A stretch of 64,000 nucleotides of DNA. It comes from a virus. Within the stretch, counting starts at the first letter, position 1. Every line of letters begins with the position of its first letter. The notes under the pieces were generated by a model. It made no database searches, was not told the DNA's origin, and saw only the letters and a program-made list of their open reading frames with translations. A program made the translations under genes and the position numbers. The stretch spans positions 23,089-87,088 of the IMG/VR virus record IMGVR_UViG_3300047557_002430; one strand, written 5' to 3'. Positions 9,526-17,828 of this stretch are shown piece after piece.

Positions 9526-11760
9526 ATGGCAGATACTCTGGGCATCCGACAGCGCTTTAGCGAGATCCTTGAGGCTTCTCGTACGCAGGATCGGAGTAAA
9601 CAATCTGCCACGATGGTGGTTCTTAGTCATTTGCAGCAGATGACGCTGCTTATGATTAAGAAGGGCTTGTTTTTCTACTGTGAGCAGGACACTTACAAAG
9701 CCCGCACAAAATTCTTAGGATCTTTAATTACTCTAAATCGTCTGGACATCCGTTTTCCAGCGATTATTCGTAATTTCCTGATCGATGGGTGCGGGCTTTT
9801 TTATTTTCGTCCTGACCCAAAGCTCAAATATCAGATTTATTTCTTTCCTAAGAGTCAGTACCGCGTATATCACGATATAAACGGCAACATCGATGAAGTT
9901 GTAATCCTTTACAGCTATAAAGTTCGTAACTCTACGCTGGGTTTGCCTGCTGAGACCTACGGGCAGAACAAGCGGTACGTTCGAATTTCTATAACAGAAG
10001 AGCGTATTAACGAGTTCGAGTCCAACAGTGAACTCAGCTTTGAATTAGAACCCGGCACAATTCTTACACCTAAGAACAGCCGCAAAAACGAACTTGGGTT
10101 TATTCCCGCTGTAGAGGTTTTAAACAAACCCAACAGCAGCGGTACTGAGGGAGAAGGAGAGTTTGAACCGTTCATGGAGCAGATAGTGCTTCATGACAAC
10201 ATGATTAAAAATATCGCGAAGAATATTGAGTTCTTTGGCAATCCCACGCTGATTAGTTCTCGGCCTCGTTCCGATCTGGTCGAGGCTTCTGATTCGGATC
10301 GCACATTCCGCCCTACAATCAGCAGCCAAAGCGGTTTTGCTGGTCGCGATACACCTTCGACTCGCGTTTCTGAGCCTTTTGGCTCTTCCGCAATGATTGG
10401 TGGTTTGCGCGTTCCGCGCATTATCGCCAACGTTGAGCCTTCGGATCGTGTGGGTTACATGACCCCCGATCCGGTTAACGGGGACATGAACCGTTATGCC
10501 CTTCTACTGCGTGAAGAAATTCGCACGGCATTAGGGGGTGTTGACGAAATTTCTATTTCTGCTGGCGCTACCGCCACGGAAATTAAGGGTTTGATGGGTC
10601 GTGCACAAGCGACCGCTCTTCGAAAAAATAAGAGTTTCCTTACATACGGCTTCTGCCGTTTGCTGGAGATGATTATTTATCATCAAGAGCAAATTTTCCG
10701 CGAAAGTTTTATTCAAGTTATGGGGATGGAGCCCCCTAAACCTCCTAAAGAACAAACGGAAGAAGCTCAAGAGCGTTACCAAAAACGTCTCGCTAAATAC
10801 GAACGTGATGTTGACGCCGCAATGCAAGTGGCGTTGCAACAAAATAAAGTGCCGAGTGGTGTTTACGGACTTCCCCCGGATGGTGATCGTGAAGTCACCT
10901 ACCGATTCCAGGGCGATGTTTATGAGGACACTGCTTACGACATCAACCAAAAATCTATCGTTGTTCGAAACCTTCAGGAACTAGGTGTGGACAGCGTGGA
11001 AGCGCTTAAATACCTCTTCCCTGATAAAACTGATTCCGAACGTGCAGAAATGTTGAAGGGATTTCCCTTCCGAATGATTCAACAAACGCAGGGCGCTTTT
11101 CAGCAATTTCTATTATTATTGAATCAGATGTTGCAAGCGCCACATCCACTTGCGCCGAATCAACCCCTAGCGGCTGACCCTCGGCTAAACATAACGCCCT
11201 TGCTTTATAGGACGTTTGACCACCTTGCGCAAGAACTGACTTACTCGGGCAGCTATGAGCCAGCAGATCCAAGCTTCGATCCCGAGCCCGGTCTCCCCGG
11301 CGGTAGCGGCCCCGCAGGCAGCGCCTTCGGTAGACCAGGGTTCAACAGCCTACCCGCAGTGGGTAGCAACTACCCAGGCGGCACCTTCGGCAGCTATGCC
11401 CCAAGCGCCGTCGCCGGTAACACCGGTTACGGTCCCTTCTACCAACAACCAGTACAGCCAGTCTCCGTCAACGTCCTCCCCGTCCAACCCGTGGGAAGCG
11501 GCGATGGGCAGCCTGGAGCGGGTGGTTTCGCGTCTCTCCCCGTCCCCCAGCCAGACAGCATCGTATCCGCAGTACCTGACGGCGCCGCAGGATACTCAAC
11601 TTTACAGTCAGAGTTCACAGGCCCAACCGTATCTGTACCAAGCCCCTACGGCTCAGCCGATCTCGTACAGCAACGGATCTACAACCCAGACTTCTTATCC
11701 GATTTCTACGGAGCAACAGCAGCTCCCGCAGCTAAGCCCCGAAACCGCCGCCGTCGTTAA
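9526..11760 (+). CDS. Portal protein with low-complexity C-terminal extension
   Basis: Size and position between terL and scaffold/capsid; portal-like NELGFIP and ATATEIK motifs. Confidence 0.75.
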   Translation: MADTLGIRQRFSEILEASRTQDRSKQSATMVVLSHLQQMTLLMIKKGLFFYCEQDTYKARTKFLGSLITLNRLDIRFPAIIRNFLIDGCGLFYFRPDPKLKYQIYFFPKSQYRVYHDINGNIDEVVILYSYKVRNSTLGLPAETYGQNKRYVRISITEERINEFESNSELSFELEPGTILTPKNSRKNELGFIPAVEVLNKPNSSGTEGEGEFEPFMEQIVLHDNMIKNIAKNIEFFGNPTLISSRPRSDLVEASDSDRTFRPTISSQSGFAGRDTPSTRVSEPFGSSAMIGGLRVPRIIANVEPSDRVGYMTPDPVNGDMNRYALLLREEIRTALGGVDEISISAGATATEIKGLMGRAQATALRKNKSFLTYGFCRLLEMIIYHQEQIFRESFIQVMGMEPPKPPKEQTEEAQERYQKRLAKYERDVDAAMQVALQQNKVPSGVYGLPPDGDREVTYRFQGDVYEDTAYDINQKSIVVRNLQELGVDSVEALKYLFPDKTDSERAEMLKGFPFRMIQQTQGAFQQFLLLLNQMLQAPHPLAPNQPLAADPRLNITPLLYRTFDHLAQELTYSGSYEPADPSFDPEPGLPGGSGPAGSAFGRPGFNSLPAVGSNYPGGTFGSYAPSAVAGNTGYGPFYQQPVQPVSVNVLPVQPVGSGDGQPGAGGFASLPVPQPDSIVSAVPDGAAGYSTLQSEFTGPTVSVPSPYGSADLVQQRIYNPDFLSDFYGATAAPAAKPRNRRRR

Positions 11761-12166
11761 TCACTTCGGTGTTGAAGCTCCTGGCATCCTGAATCAGTAT
11801 GCCACCGTGCTTGAGGATGCTCTGATCCAACAGCACCAAGTTCTGGAGCAAACCGCTGCTCGCGGTATGGTTATGGAACAGATCCTGACGGATCCTGATC
11901 AACTCGCCGATTACACCAATCGGTTCTTTACCGAGGTTTACCCCGTGGACGCCGACGGCGAAACTCAGGGCTATCAGCCTCGTTATGATCAGCTTCCCGC
12001 TGTTCCTGCTTCTGCTTTAGCTGGCGCTCCTAGCGTTGACACTGACACTCAGTGGCAAGGTTTCAGCGAAGCTATGAACAAGAGCCCTGATCAGGCTTGG
12101 CGTTACCTGGCTCAGATGAGCCCCGATGCCTTCCGCGGCAAACTGCTGTTCATGGATTCGAACTGA
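11255..12166 (+). CDS. Probable capsid scaffolding protein
   Basis: Gln/Pro/Ser-rich N-terminus, helical C-terminus; between portal and MCP; followed by a terminator. Confidence 0.6.
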   Translation: MSQQIQASIPSPVSPAVAAPQAAPSVDQGSTAYPQWVATTQAAPSAAMPQAPSPVTPVTVPSTNNQYSQSPSTSSPSNPWEAAMGSLERVVSRLSPSPSQTASYPQYLTAPQDTQLYSQSSQAQPYLYQAPTAQPISYSNGSTTQTSYPISTEQQQLPQLSPETAAVVNHFGVEAPGILNQYATVLEDALIQQHQVLEQTAARGMVMEQILTDPDQLADYTNRFFTEVYPVDADGETQGYQPRYDQLPAVPASALAGAPSVDTDTQWQGFSEAMNKSPDQAWRYLAQMSPDAFRGKLLFMDSN

Positions 12167-12189
12167 AGCAGTAAAACCTGAGTAAGCTG

Positions 12190-12222
12190 AGACCCCGTTA
12201 ACGTGTAGCGGGGTCTTTTTTA
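12190..12222 (+). terminator. Rho-independent terminator
   Basis: agaccccgtta-acgtg-tagcggggtct stem followed by a T run. Confidence 0.85.
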
Positions 12223-12224
12223 TT

Positions 12225-12890
12225 ATGTGTGCTCGCCACGTCATCCAAGGTTCTTTTAGTTCATTAGATGACGACCCAGCAACGCAATCTTTTACAGATT
12301 ACGAATTAGTCGCTGAGGCGATCAAGTTTGCAGCAAGTGAACCTATACTCCCTGACTTTGAGTTTGCGAATGTATTTCCTGGCGAACATTATCGAATATT
12401 ATCTGGTCTTTTAAAGGTATTAAAACCTGCGTTTTTAATCGATATCGGAACCTACCGTGGGTGCTCAGCACGAGTCATGTTGGACTCCACCGGTAGTTAT
12501 TCAACGGTGTACACTTATGACCTTTATGATTACTTATCGTTTGATTGGACTGTTTTAAAAGAACAAGATTTTGCTTCTGGCAGATTACAGCAACATTTAG
12601 TTAATTTAATTAACCCTGATATTTTTGAGCAGCATAAAGTGTTGTTAAATAGAGCAGATTTTATTATGTTAGACGGACCTAAAGACGATCACTTTGAAAA
12701 AACTTTATTACATATGATGCAGACAGTTGAGTTTAGTGATAAACCGCGCTGGTTGTTCATTGACGATATTCGGTTCACAAACATGCAAGACCTGTGGCGC
12801 TCAATCAAATCTCCCAAACTAGACCTAAGCAGCTTCGGGCATTTTTCTGGGACGGGAATAGTTAACATACAAAAAGGTCTTCTGATTTAG
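12225..12890 (+). CDS. Class I SAM-dependent methyltransferase (Methyltransf_24-like, probably glycan-modifying)
   Basis: LIDIGTYRGCSA, TYD, DFIMLDGPKD, FIDDI, GHFSGTG; AT-rich. Confidence 0.8.
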   Translation: MCARHVIQGSFSSLDDDPATQSFTDYELVAEAIKFAASEPILPDFEFANVFPGEHYRILSGLLKVLKPAFLIDIGTYRGCSARVMLDSTGSYSTVYTYDLYDYLSFDWTVLKEQDFASGRLQQHLVNLINPDIFEQHKVLLNRADFIMLDGPKDDHFEKTLLHMMQTVEFSDKPRWLFIDDIRFTNMQDLWRSIKSPKLDLSSFGHFSGTGIVNIQKGLLI

Positions 12891-12892
12891 AG

Positions 12893-13066
12893 ATGCCCTT
12901 TGTGAGCGAGGCCCAGCGGCGTAAATTCTACGCAATGTCTGAGCGAGGTGAAATCTCAAAAGCAAAAGTTGCGGAGTATGAAAAAGAAACTAAGGGCGAC
13001 CTTCCCGAACGGGTAAAGGCAAAGAAAAAAGCACAGAAGTATACTGAATCTAAGAAAGGATCCTGA
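12893..13066 (+). CDS. Small basic protein (57 aa, below ORF-track cutoff)
   Basis: MPFVSEAQRRKFYAM...WEKE-like/DLPERVK pattern common in phage small basic proteins; fills the gap exactly. Confidence 0.7.
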   Translation: MPFVSEAQRRKFYAMSERGEISKAKVAEYEKETKGDLPERVKAKKKAQKYTESKKGS

Positions 13067-13067
13067 A

Positions 13068-13250
13068 ATGCCTAACTCTATTGGCCGCCGTCTTCGCAGC
13101 ACAAGCTCGACTGAGGTTGAACAGCTCAAGCAAGAGTTAGCTGTTCTAAAGGAAGCTTATGTGCGTGATATGCAAAATATAAGCACGGATATGAGTGCGC
13201 TCAGTCAAAAAATTGATGTAACTCCTTCTGGCGTAGAGCCCAGCGCTTAA
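13068..13250 (+). CDS. Small coiled-coil protein
   Basis: 60 aa heptad pattern; 1 nt after previous stop. Confidence 0.6.
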   Translation: MPNSIGRRLRSTSSTEVEQLKQELAVLKEAYVRDMQNISTDMSALSQKIDVTPSGVEPSA

Positions 13251-13283
13251 AACTTATACTAGGTGTATAGCCGCTAACATCTC

Positions 13284-14036
13284 GTGGTTTATACACCGTT
13301 ATCTAATTACAAATACGACAGCGGTTTTCACCGTATTCAGTCCGGCCCAAGCCACGAAGGTTTCGTCGTATTAAGTTCCGGCATTCGGGATACTGGTGCA
13401 GACCTTGGCGTAATAACTTCAGGCCCACCTAATAGTGGATCGTGGTACTTAACGACTGAATGGCGTACTGTTCCTCAGGCTGTTTCTGGCTATTGGACAG
13501 ATTATGAAAATTCAGATTATTTACCGAGCGGTTCTCTAAGTTCTTACAACGGTTACAGACCTTTATCTGTTACTACGATCGCGAATGCGAAGGTCGTAAC
13601 TTCCACAGGGCCTCAATACGGTTTACGTGACGAGGGGAAATATACGTATTACGGAGGTATCGCTCCGTCTAACCAAAGCTATAACCCGTATAACACCCCC
13701 GACGCAAACACAGCCGCCGAAGGTTCCACGGGCGGTGGTGTTACACACCGTAATTACGAAGGTACTTTATTAACTAATATTCTGGGTTCTCAGGGAACCG
13801 CTGATCGATCTCAGTGGGTCTATAACCCTCCTGTTTATTGCCAAACGTTTACAGAGACCGTTAGGTCTACAGCTCCGGGTTTAATGTCTTCTGCTCTTCG
13901 GTACGTTTATCGGGGTCGCTCTACTCGTTACGCCTACAACTACGGTTCCGTGTACTTACAGGGTTCTGAATCTGTACGGAATATGGTTCATCGGTTTAGT
14001 CCCACTGTTAACAGCAGCAATCAAAAATCGATTTAA
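13284..14036 (+). CDS. Putative virion structural protein (Tyr/Ser/Gly-rich)
   Basis: Immediately upstream of MCP; 7 SG dipeptides in the first ~85 aa. Confidence 0.55.
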   Translation: MVYTPLSNYKYDSGFHRIQSGPSHEGFVVLSSGIRDTGADLGVITSGPPNSGSWYLTTEWRTVPQAVSGYWTDYENSDYLPSGSLSSYNGYRPLSVTTIANAKVVTSTGPQYGLRDEGKYTYYGGIAPSNQSYNPYNTPDANTAAEGSTGGGVTHRNYEGTLLTNILGSQGTADRSQWVYNPPVYCQTFTETVRSTAPGLMSSALRYVYRGRSTRYAYNYGSVYLQGSESVRNMVHRFSPTVNSSNQKSI

Positions 14037-14115
14037 CGCTAAAAATGCGACAGCACAGTGTTCTCCTGGCTCTTTTTGTTTTAAACTAACCTTGTAGTTT
14101 TCGGAGATATCGACA

Positions 14116-15231
14116 GTGTTTGTCGATAACGATTTCCCGAAGCTGCTTGGTGCTGAGTTATATCGACCGCACCCTGCGTATGTAGTCGAAATGGCTGCAG
14201 AACCAGTGGTGGTCCATGACTTCTCCAAACAGCCCGGCCAGACAGTTCAGTTAGATCGTTACCGCTTCTGGGGCAACCCTGGTTCTAAGGAATCGCGGGA
14301 ACGTACAGCCGAACAGACAATCGGCACCGCTAACAGCAGGAATATTGTTAAGGACAAGGTGCTCGTGACTCTTCGCGAGTACACCGGTCCCGCTGACCCG
14401 ACTGATCCTACTCAGCCCAGCACCTTCAAAATCGCTCGCGAGACTCTGATCACCGCGCAGCGCTTACTGCTGGATACTGGCAACCTGACTGCGTTCCACC
14501 AGTCTATCGGTTCGTTAACTCTGCTTGACGACTACCGGCGGTGGCGTGATCGGGTGTTCATCAACGAACTCCTGAAAGCCGTTTCTAAGGGTAAGGCTTC
14601 CGACAGCCAGGGTGGCTACTACTACCCCGGCGACCTTGCCGTCGGCGGTCTGACCTACTCTAACGCAGAGCAGGCCAAGTTCGACGTTAAGGACGACCTG
14701 CTGCGCGTGGTGAAGAGCCTCCGTAAGCGGAACGTCCCCACCTACCAGGACGGGTTCTATCGCTGCGTCTGCGATCCTACCTTCCTGATGCACCTGCGTC
14801 AGAACAGCGACTTCCGCGAGGTTGCACGCTATCCTGGCAACGGCCAAATCAACCCCCTCATGTCGGCGATGCAGCCCAACGCTGCGCTGTACATGGGTCA
14901 AGGCTTCGGCCAAGCCACCTTCGTGGCTGGCGAGCCCATCATGCCGACTGGCTTTGTGTTTGAAGGTGTGCGGTTCTTCGAATCCACCAACATGCCTTCG
15001 CAGACTGCCACGGCGACTATCGGTGGCACCGCAGGTACATACGATACCGCCATCGGTATGTTCTTCGGTCCCCAAAGCGTTGGTGTCGGTATCGGCGGCA
15101 ACAACGCCCAGGTGCTGCTGAACAACAACGACGACTTCAGCCGTTTCATCATGATGATTTGGAGCCTGTACGCAGGTTTCGAACTTCTGAACGCTGACTT
15201 CGCCACCATCGCTTACTCCTTTAGCGTTTGA
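14116..15231 (+). CDS. Major capsid protein (HK97 fold, N4-gp56-like)
   Basis: 371 aa; position after scaffold; strong C-ending codon bias of a highly expressed gene; G.TV..DRY, VTL.EY, FEGVRFFES, FFG..SVG motifs. Confidence 0.8.
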   Translation: MFVDNDFPKLLGAELYRPHPAYVVEMAAEPVVVHDFSKQPGQTVQLDRYRFWGNPGSKESRERTAEQTIGTANSRNIVKDKVLVTLREYTGPADPTDPTQPSTFKIARETLITAQRLLLDTGNLTAFHQSIGSLTLLDDYRRWRDRVFINELLKAVSKGKASDSQGGYYYPGDLAVGGLTYSNAEQAKFDVKDDLLRVVKSLRKRNVPTYQDGFYRCVCDPTFLMHLRQNSDFREVARYPGNGQINPLMSAMQPNAALYMGQGFGQATFVAGEPIMPTGFVFEGVRFFESTNMPSQTATATIGGTAGTYDTAIGMFFGPQSVGVGIGGNNAQVLLNNNDDFSRFIMMIWSLYAGFELLNADFATIAYSFSV

Positions 15232-15248
15232 TAAGGAGGTAACTAACG

Positions 15249-16112
15249 ATGGCTATTAATCCTCAGCAAATCGCCGTTGCCAAAATCTATCCTGGCAACT
15301 ACACCAACGTTCTCCGTTACTGGCACTCCACCAGCAACTTCAGTTTTCTGAACGAGAACGGCACTAACGAGACCTACTCCAATCAGCCGATTGGCGGTCC
15401 CGTCGGCGTGGTGTTCCGTCCCGGTTGGATTGCCCAACAGGCTGTTGGTTATGTTGACCTGTCTTATCAGGCCAGCTCCAGCACTAACCAACTGGATTAC
15501 TACACCCAGCCTTATGGCTCGGGTCAAAACGGCACTAACCAGCCCTTCCGGGCTGCCGACATCATTATTCCGTCTCCTGACGCTTATAAGGATGTCCGTG
15601 CCGATATCACCGACGGTATCACCGTGCCTTCTGGCGCTTATGTGTACCGCGTGTCTGTGCGTCTTGATGGCGGCGATGTGATCTCCAGTGGTATCGCTGG
15701 TGCTCAGACCGCTCCCGCTCTCGGCGTGGGCCCCGCTCTGTCTTCGGGTCTCACCGTGGCCCCCAGCCCCAGCGGCTTCTTCGCGAACCTCGTGGGCTCC
15801 AACAGCCGCATTGAGAACGGCACGTGGAATTCCAGCAACGCCTGGAACGACGCCAACATGCACGTGGTGACTGCGGATACGAAGTACCGTCTGTACAGCA
15901 CCGCCACCGTTCCTGGCTCCGGTCTGGGTCTCGGTTCTGGTGTGTACGATCCCCGTGCTCAGGCCAACAAACTGGCCGGTCGCAACAAAGCCCTCGGCAT
16001 CTGCGAAGTGTGCTGGCTCATCCCCGATGAGGCTCCCAAGCGCGATGACCTGGCTCTGCAACCCGCTGGTCTGGTCGAGTCCAACGTGTACACCTCGACT
16101 GTTCCCTCCTGA
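15249..16112 (+). CDS. High-copy virion protein (capsid decoration/minor capsid-like)
   Basis: Directly after MCP; clear AAGGAGG RBS; same high-expression codon bias; followed by terminator. Confidence 0.65.
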   Translation: MAINPQQIAVAKIYPGNYTNVLRYWHSTSNFSFLNENGTNETYSNQPIGGPVGVVFRPGWIAQQAVGYVDLSYQASSSTNQLDYYTQPYGSGQNGTNQPFRAADIIIPSPDAYKDVRADITDGITVPSGAYVYRVSVRLDGGDVISSGIAGAQTAPALGVGPALSSGLTVAPSPSGFFANLVGSNSRIENGTWNSSNAWNDANMHVVTADTKYRLYSTATVPGSGLGLGSGVYDPRAQANKLAGRNKALGICEVCWLIPDEAPKRDDLALQPAGLVESNVYTSTVPS

Positions 16113-16133
16113 TAAACTCAGGCTGGAATGTTC

Positions 16134-16160
16134 AAGCCCCCTCTTCGGAGGGGGTTTTTT
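16134..16160 (+). terminator. Rho-independent terminator with UUCG tetraloop
   Basis: gccccctc-ttcg-gagggggt followed by T run. Confidence 0.9.
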
Positions 16161-16204
16161 ATTGTTTACTGTGCTATAACTAGCTTCAGAGCACTGTCTA
16201 CATA

Positions 16205-16639
16205 ATGACTGCTGTGACCACGAAGGAATACACCTACACTCCGAATGGTGTAAAAATTGAAGTAATTAGTGAGCACGATGAAGGTGAATATAAGATGGTG
16301 AAGTCCTTAACTACCGGGAAGGTTTTCTTTGCCCATCGAAATCAAATTGCTGAAGTCGAGAAAGAAGCTGAGCCCGAATCTAAAACTGCAAAACAGCGCC
16401 GTGGGCGACAAATTGTAAAACCGGAAGTTCAGGCTTTTAACCGCGTAAACATCAATAGCGCTACTCCCCAGTTACTGACTCAGGTTCTTAAAGGTGTTGG
16501 CCTTAAAACGGCTACTGAAATTAAAGAGCTTCAGCAGTCTATGCCTGGCGAGCGCTTTACTAAGTTGGAGCAACTGCGGGCGATCACCCGCGTGGATTGG
16601 GATTCTGTTCTTGAGGGTGACCATGTGTATGTGGAATGA
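16205..16639 (+). CDS. Helix-hairpin-helix (ComEA-like) DNA-binding protein
   Basis: RVNINSAT..LL...LKGVG.KTA.EI ... F..LEQL..I. Confidence 0.75.
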   Translation: MTAVTTKEYTYTPNGVKIEVISEHDEGEYKMVKSLTTGKVFFAHRNQIAEVEKEAEPESKTAKQRRGRQIVKPEVQAFNRVNINSATPQLLTQVLKGVGLKTATEIKELQQSMPGERFTKLEQLRAITRVDWDSVLEGDHVYVE

Positions 16640-17144
16640 TATTTAAAAACGCGAATTCACCAAAATATTTTTTAGCTGCTTCGTTATATGCGATAGCAGC
16701 TTTTTCTTCTGTGTCGTAACCTCCTAGGCTTATAGTTTTGTAATTTAATTTAATTCGACTATAGTATCTTCCGTCTCTTTTATCACAATATACGCCTTTA
16801 TACTTTTTTCCTTTTCTAGGTCTTTGGTTTGCTGTTTGCTGTGATCTATTAGCTAGTCGAAGTTTTCCTGTGTTCTCGTAATCATGATCTTCATGATCAA
16901 TTTCAAAATCACCTGGATCTTTATTATTTTTTAAAGCAAAGTATACTCTGTGATTTAAATAAGCTATATTATTAAGTGAGAATTCATAGTATGTTAAATT
17001 TTTTCTTTTGCATTTATTTCCTACAGGGTCTCCTATTTTTACTCTATTAGAAGGTCTTTTTGACCACCTTAGTTTTTGAGGAATAGTTTCGTCTATTTCG
17101 ATCCATTGCTTTAAAAATCCTATATCTAAGCGTTTTGGTTTCAC
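16584..17144 (-). mobile_element. Free-standing HNH-AP2 homing endonuclease gene
   Basis: HRVYF..EIDH..LRLA HNH part; AP2 domain YKGV..GRY..I..LG.YDTEE.AA.AYN.AA..YFGEFA.LN; very AT-rich, antisense to operon. Confidence 0.85.
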
Positions 17145-17177
17145 GTAGACTAAAAGGTAGGGTATGGAGTCTAGAAC

Positions 17178-17798
17178 ATGGCTCAGCTAAGCACACAAGA
17201 GCTAGAGCAGATTCAGTCATATTTAGCCGGACAAGGGGTTGTTTTTCAACCAGATGTCACAGACGCTACTAAAAGAGAAGTAGTTTATGCGGCGATTAAT
17301 CAGCTTACACGTAATCCAGCAAGCGTATTTGGATACAGACTTGATGATTTTAACTTTAGCCGTGTAGCGTATCATTTAGGTTACAATATCGCTACTGTTC
17401 CTGCAGGTGACTATGCTCGCCTAATGGAAGCGTGTAATAGTATTCCTTCTGAATTTTATTACGACAAGATTGTTCAGCAGATCGAACGCTGCGAAGAAGC
17501 TGAGCGTTTGACTGAATTAGCTACTGGTCGAGCAACTAGCCGTCAGGAAACAATTCTGGGTGATGTTAGTCGCTCCATTAATATTCAGGACAAGCGTGAA
17601 ACAGCCAGGATTTGGCGTGAAAACTATTCGTACGAATGCGATCGACTGGCTCATATGTTGTATGTTCCGAATTATCGGGATCCTGTTACTGCTCGTTATC
17701 GTTTTGAACGCAGTGGTGGTGAGTTTATTCAGGCCATCCCTGGTCCGCCAGATACGTCGCGAGCGGACCGCTTGTACTTCTATGCAAACTGGCGCTAA
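17178..17798 (+). CDS. Putative head-tail adaptor/virion protein
   Basis: Position after the capsid genes; helical 206 aa; RVAYHLGY motif. Confidence 0.5.
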   Translation: MAQLSTQELEQIQSYLAGQGVVFQPDVTDATKREVVYAAINQLTRNPASVFGYRLDDFNFSRVAYHLGYNIATVPAGDYARLMEACNSIPSEFYYDKIVQQIERCEEAERLTELATGRATSRQETILGDVSRSINIQDKRETARIWRENYSYECDRLAHMLYVPNYRDPVTARYRFERSGGEFIQAIPGPPDTSRADRLYFYANWR

Positions 17799-17828
17799 CA
17801 TACATTTAGTTATTCCGTAAGGTTATAC

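Noticed and set aside
14515-16061. Long antisense ORFs (186 aa, 272 aa) opposite the capsid genes
   Set aside because: Expected shadow of the strong C-ending codon bias of highly expressed genes; no recognisable domains
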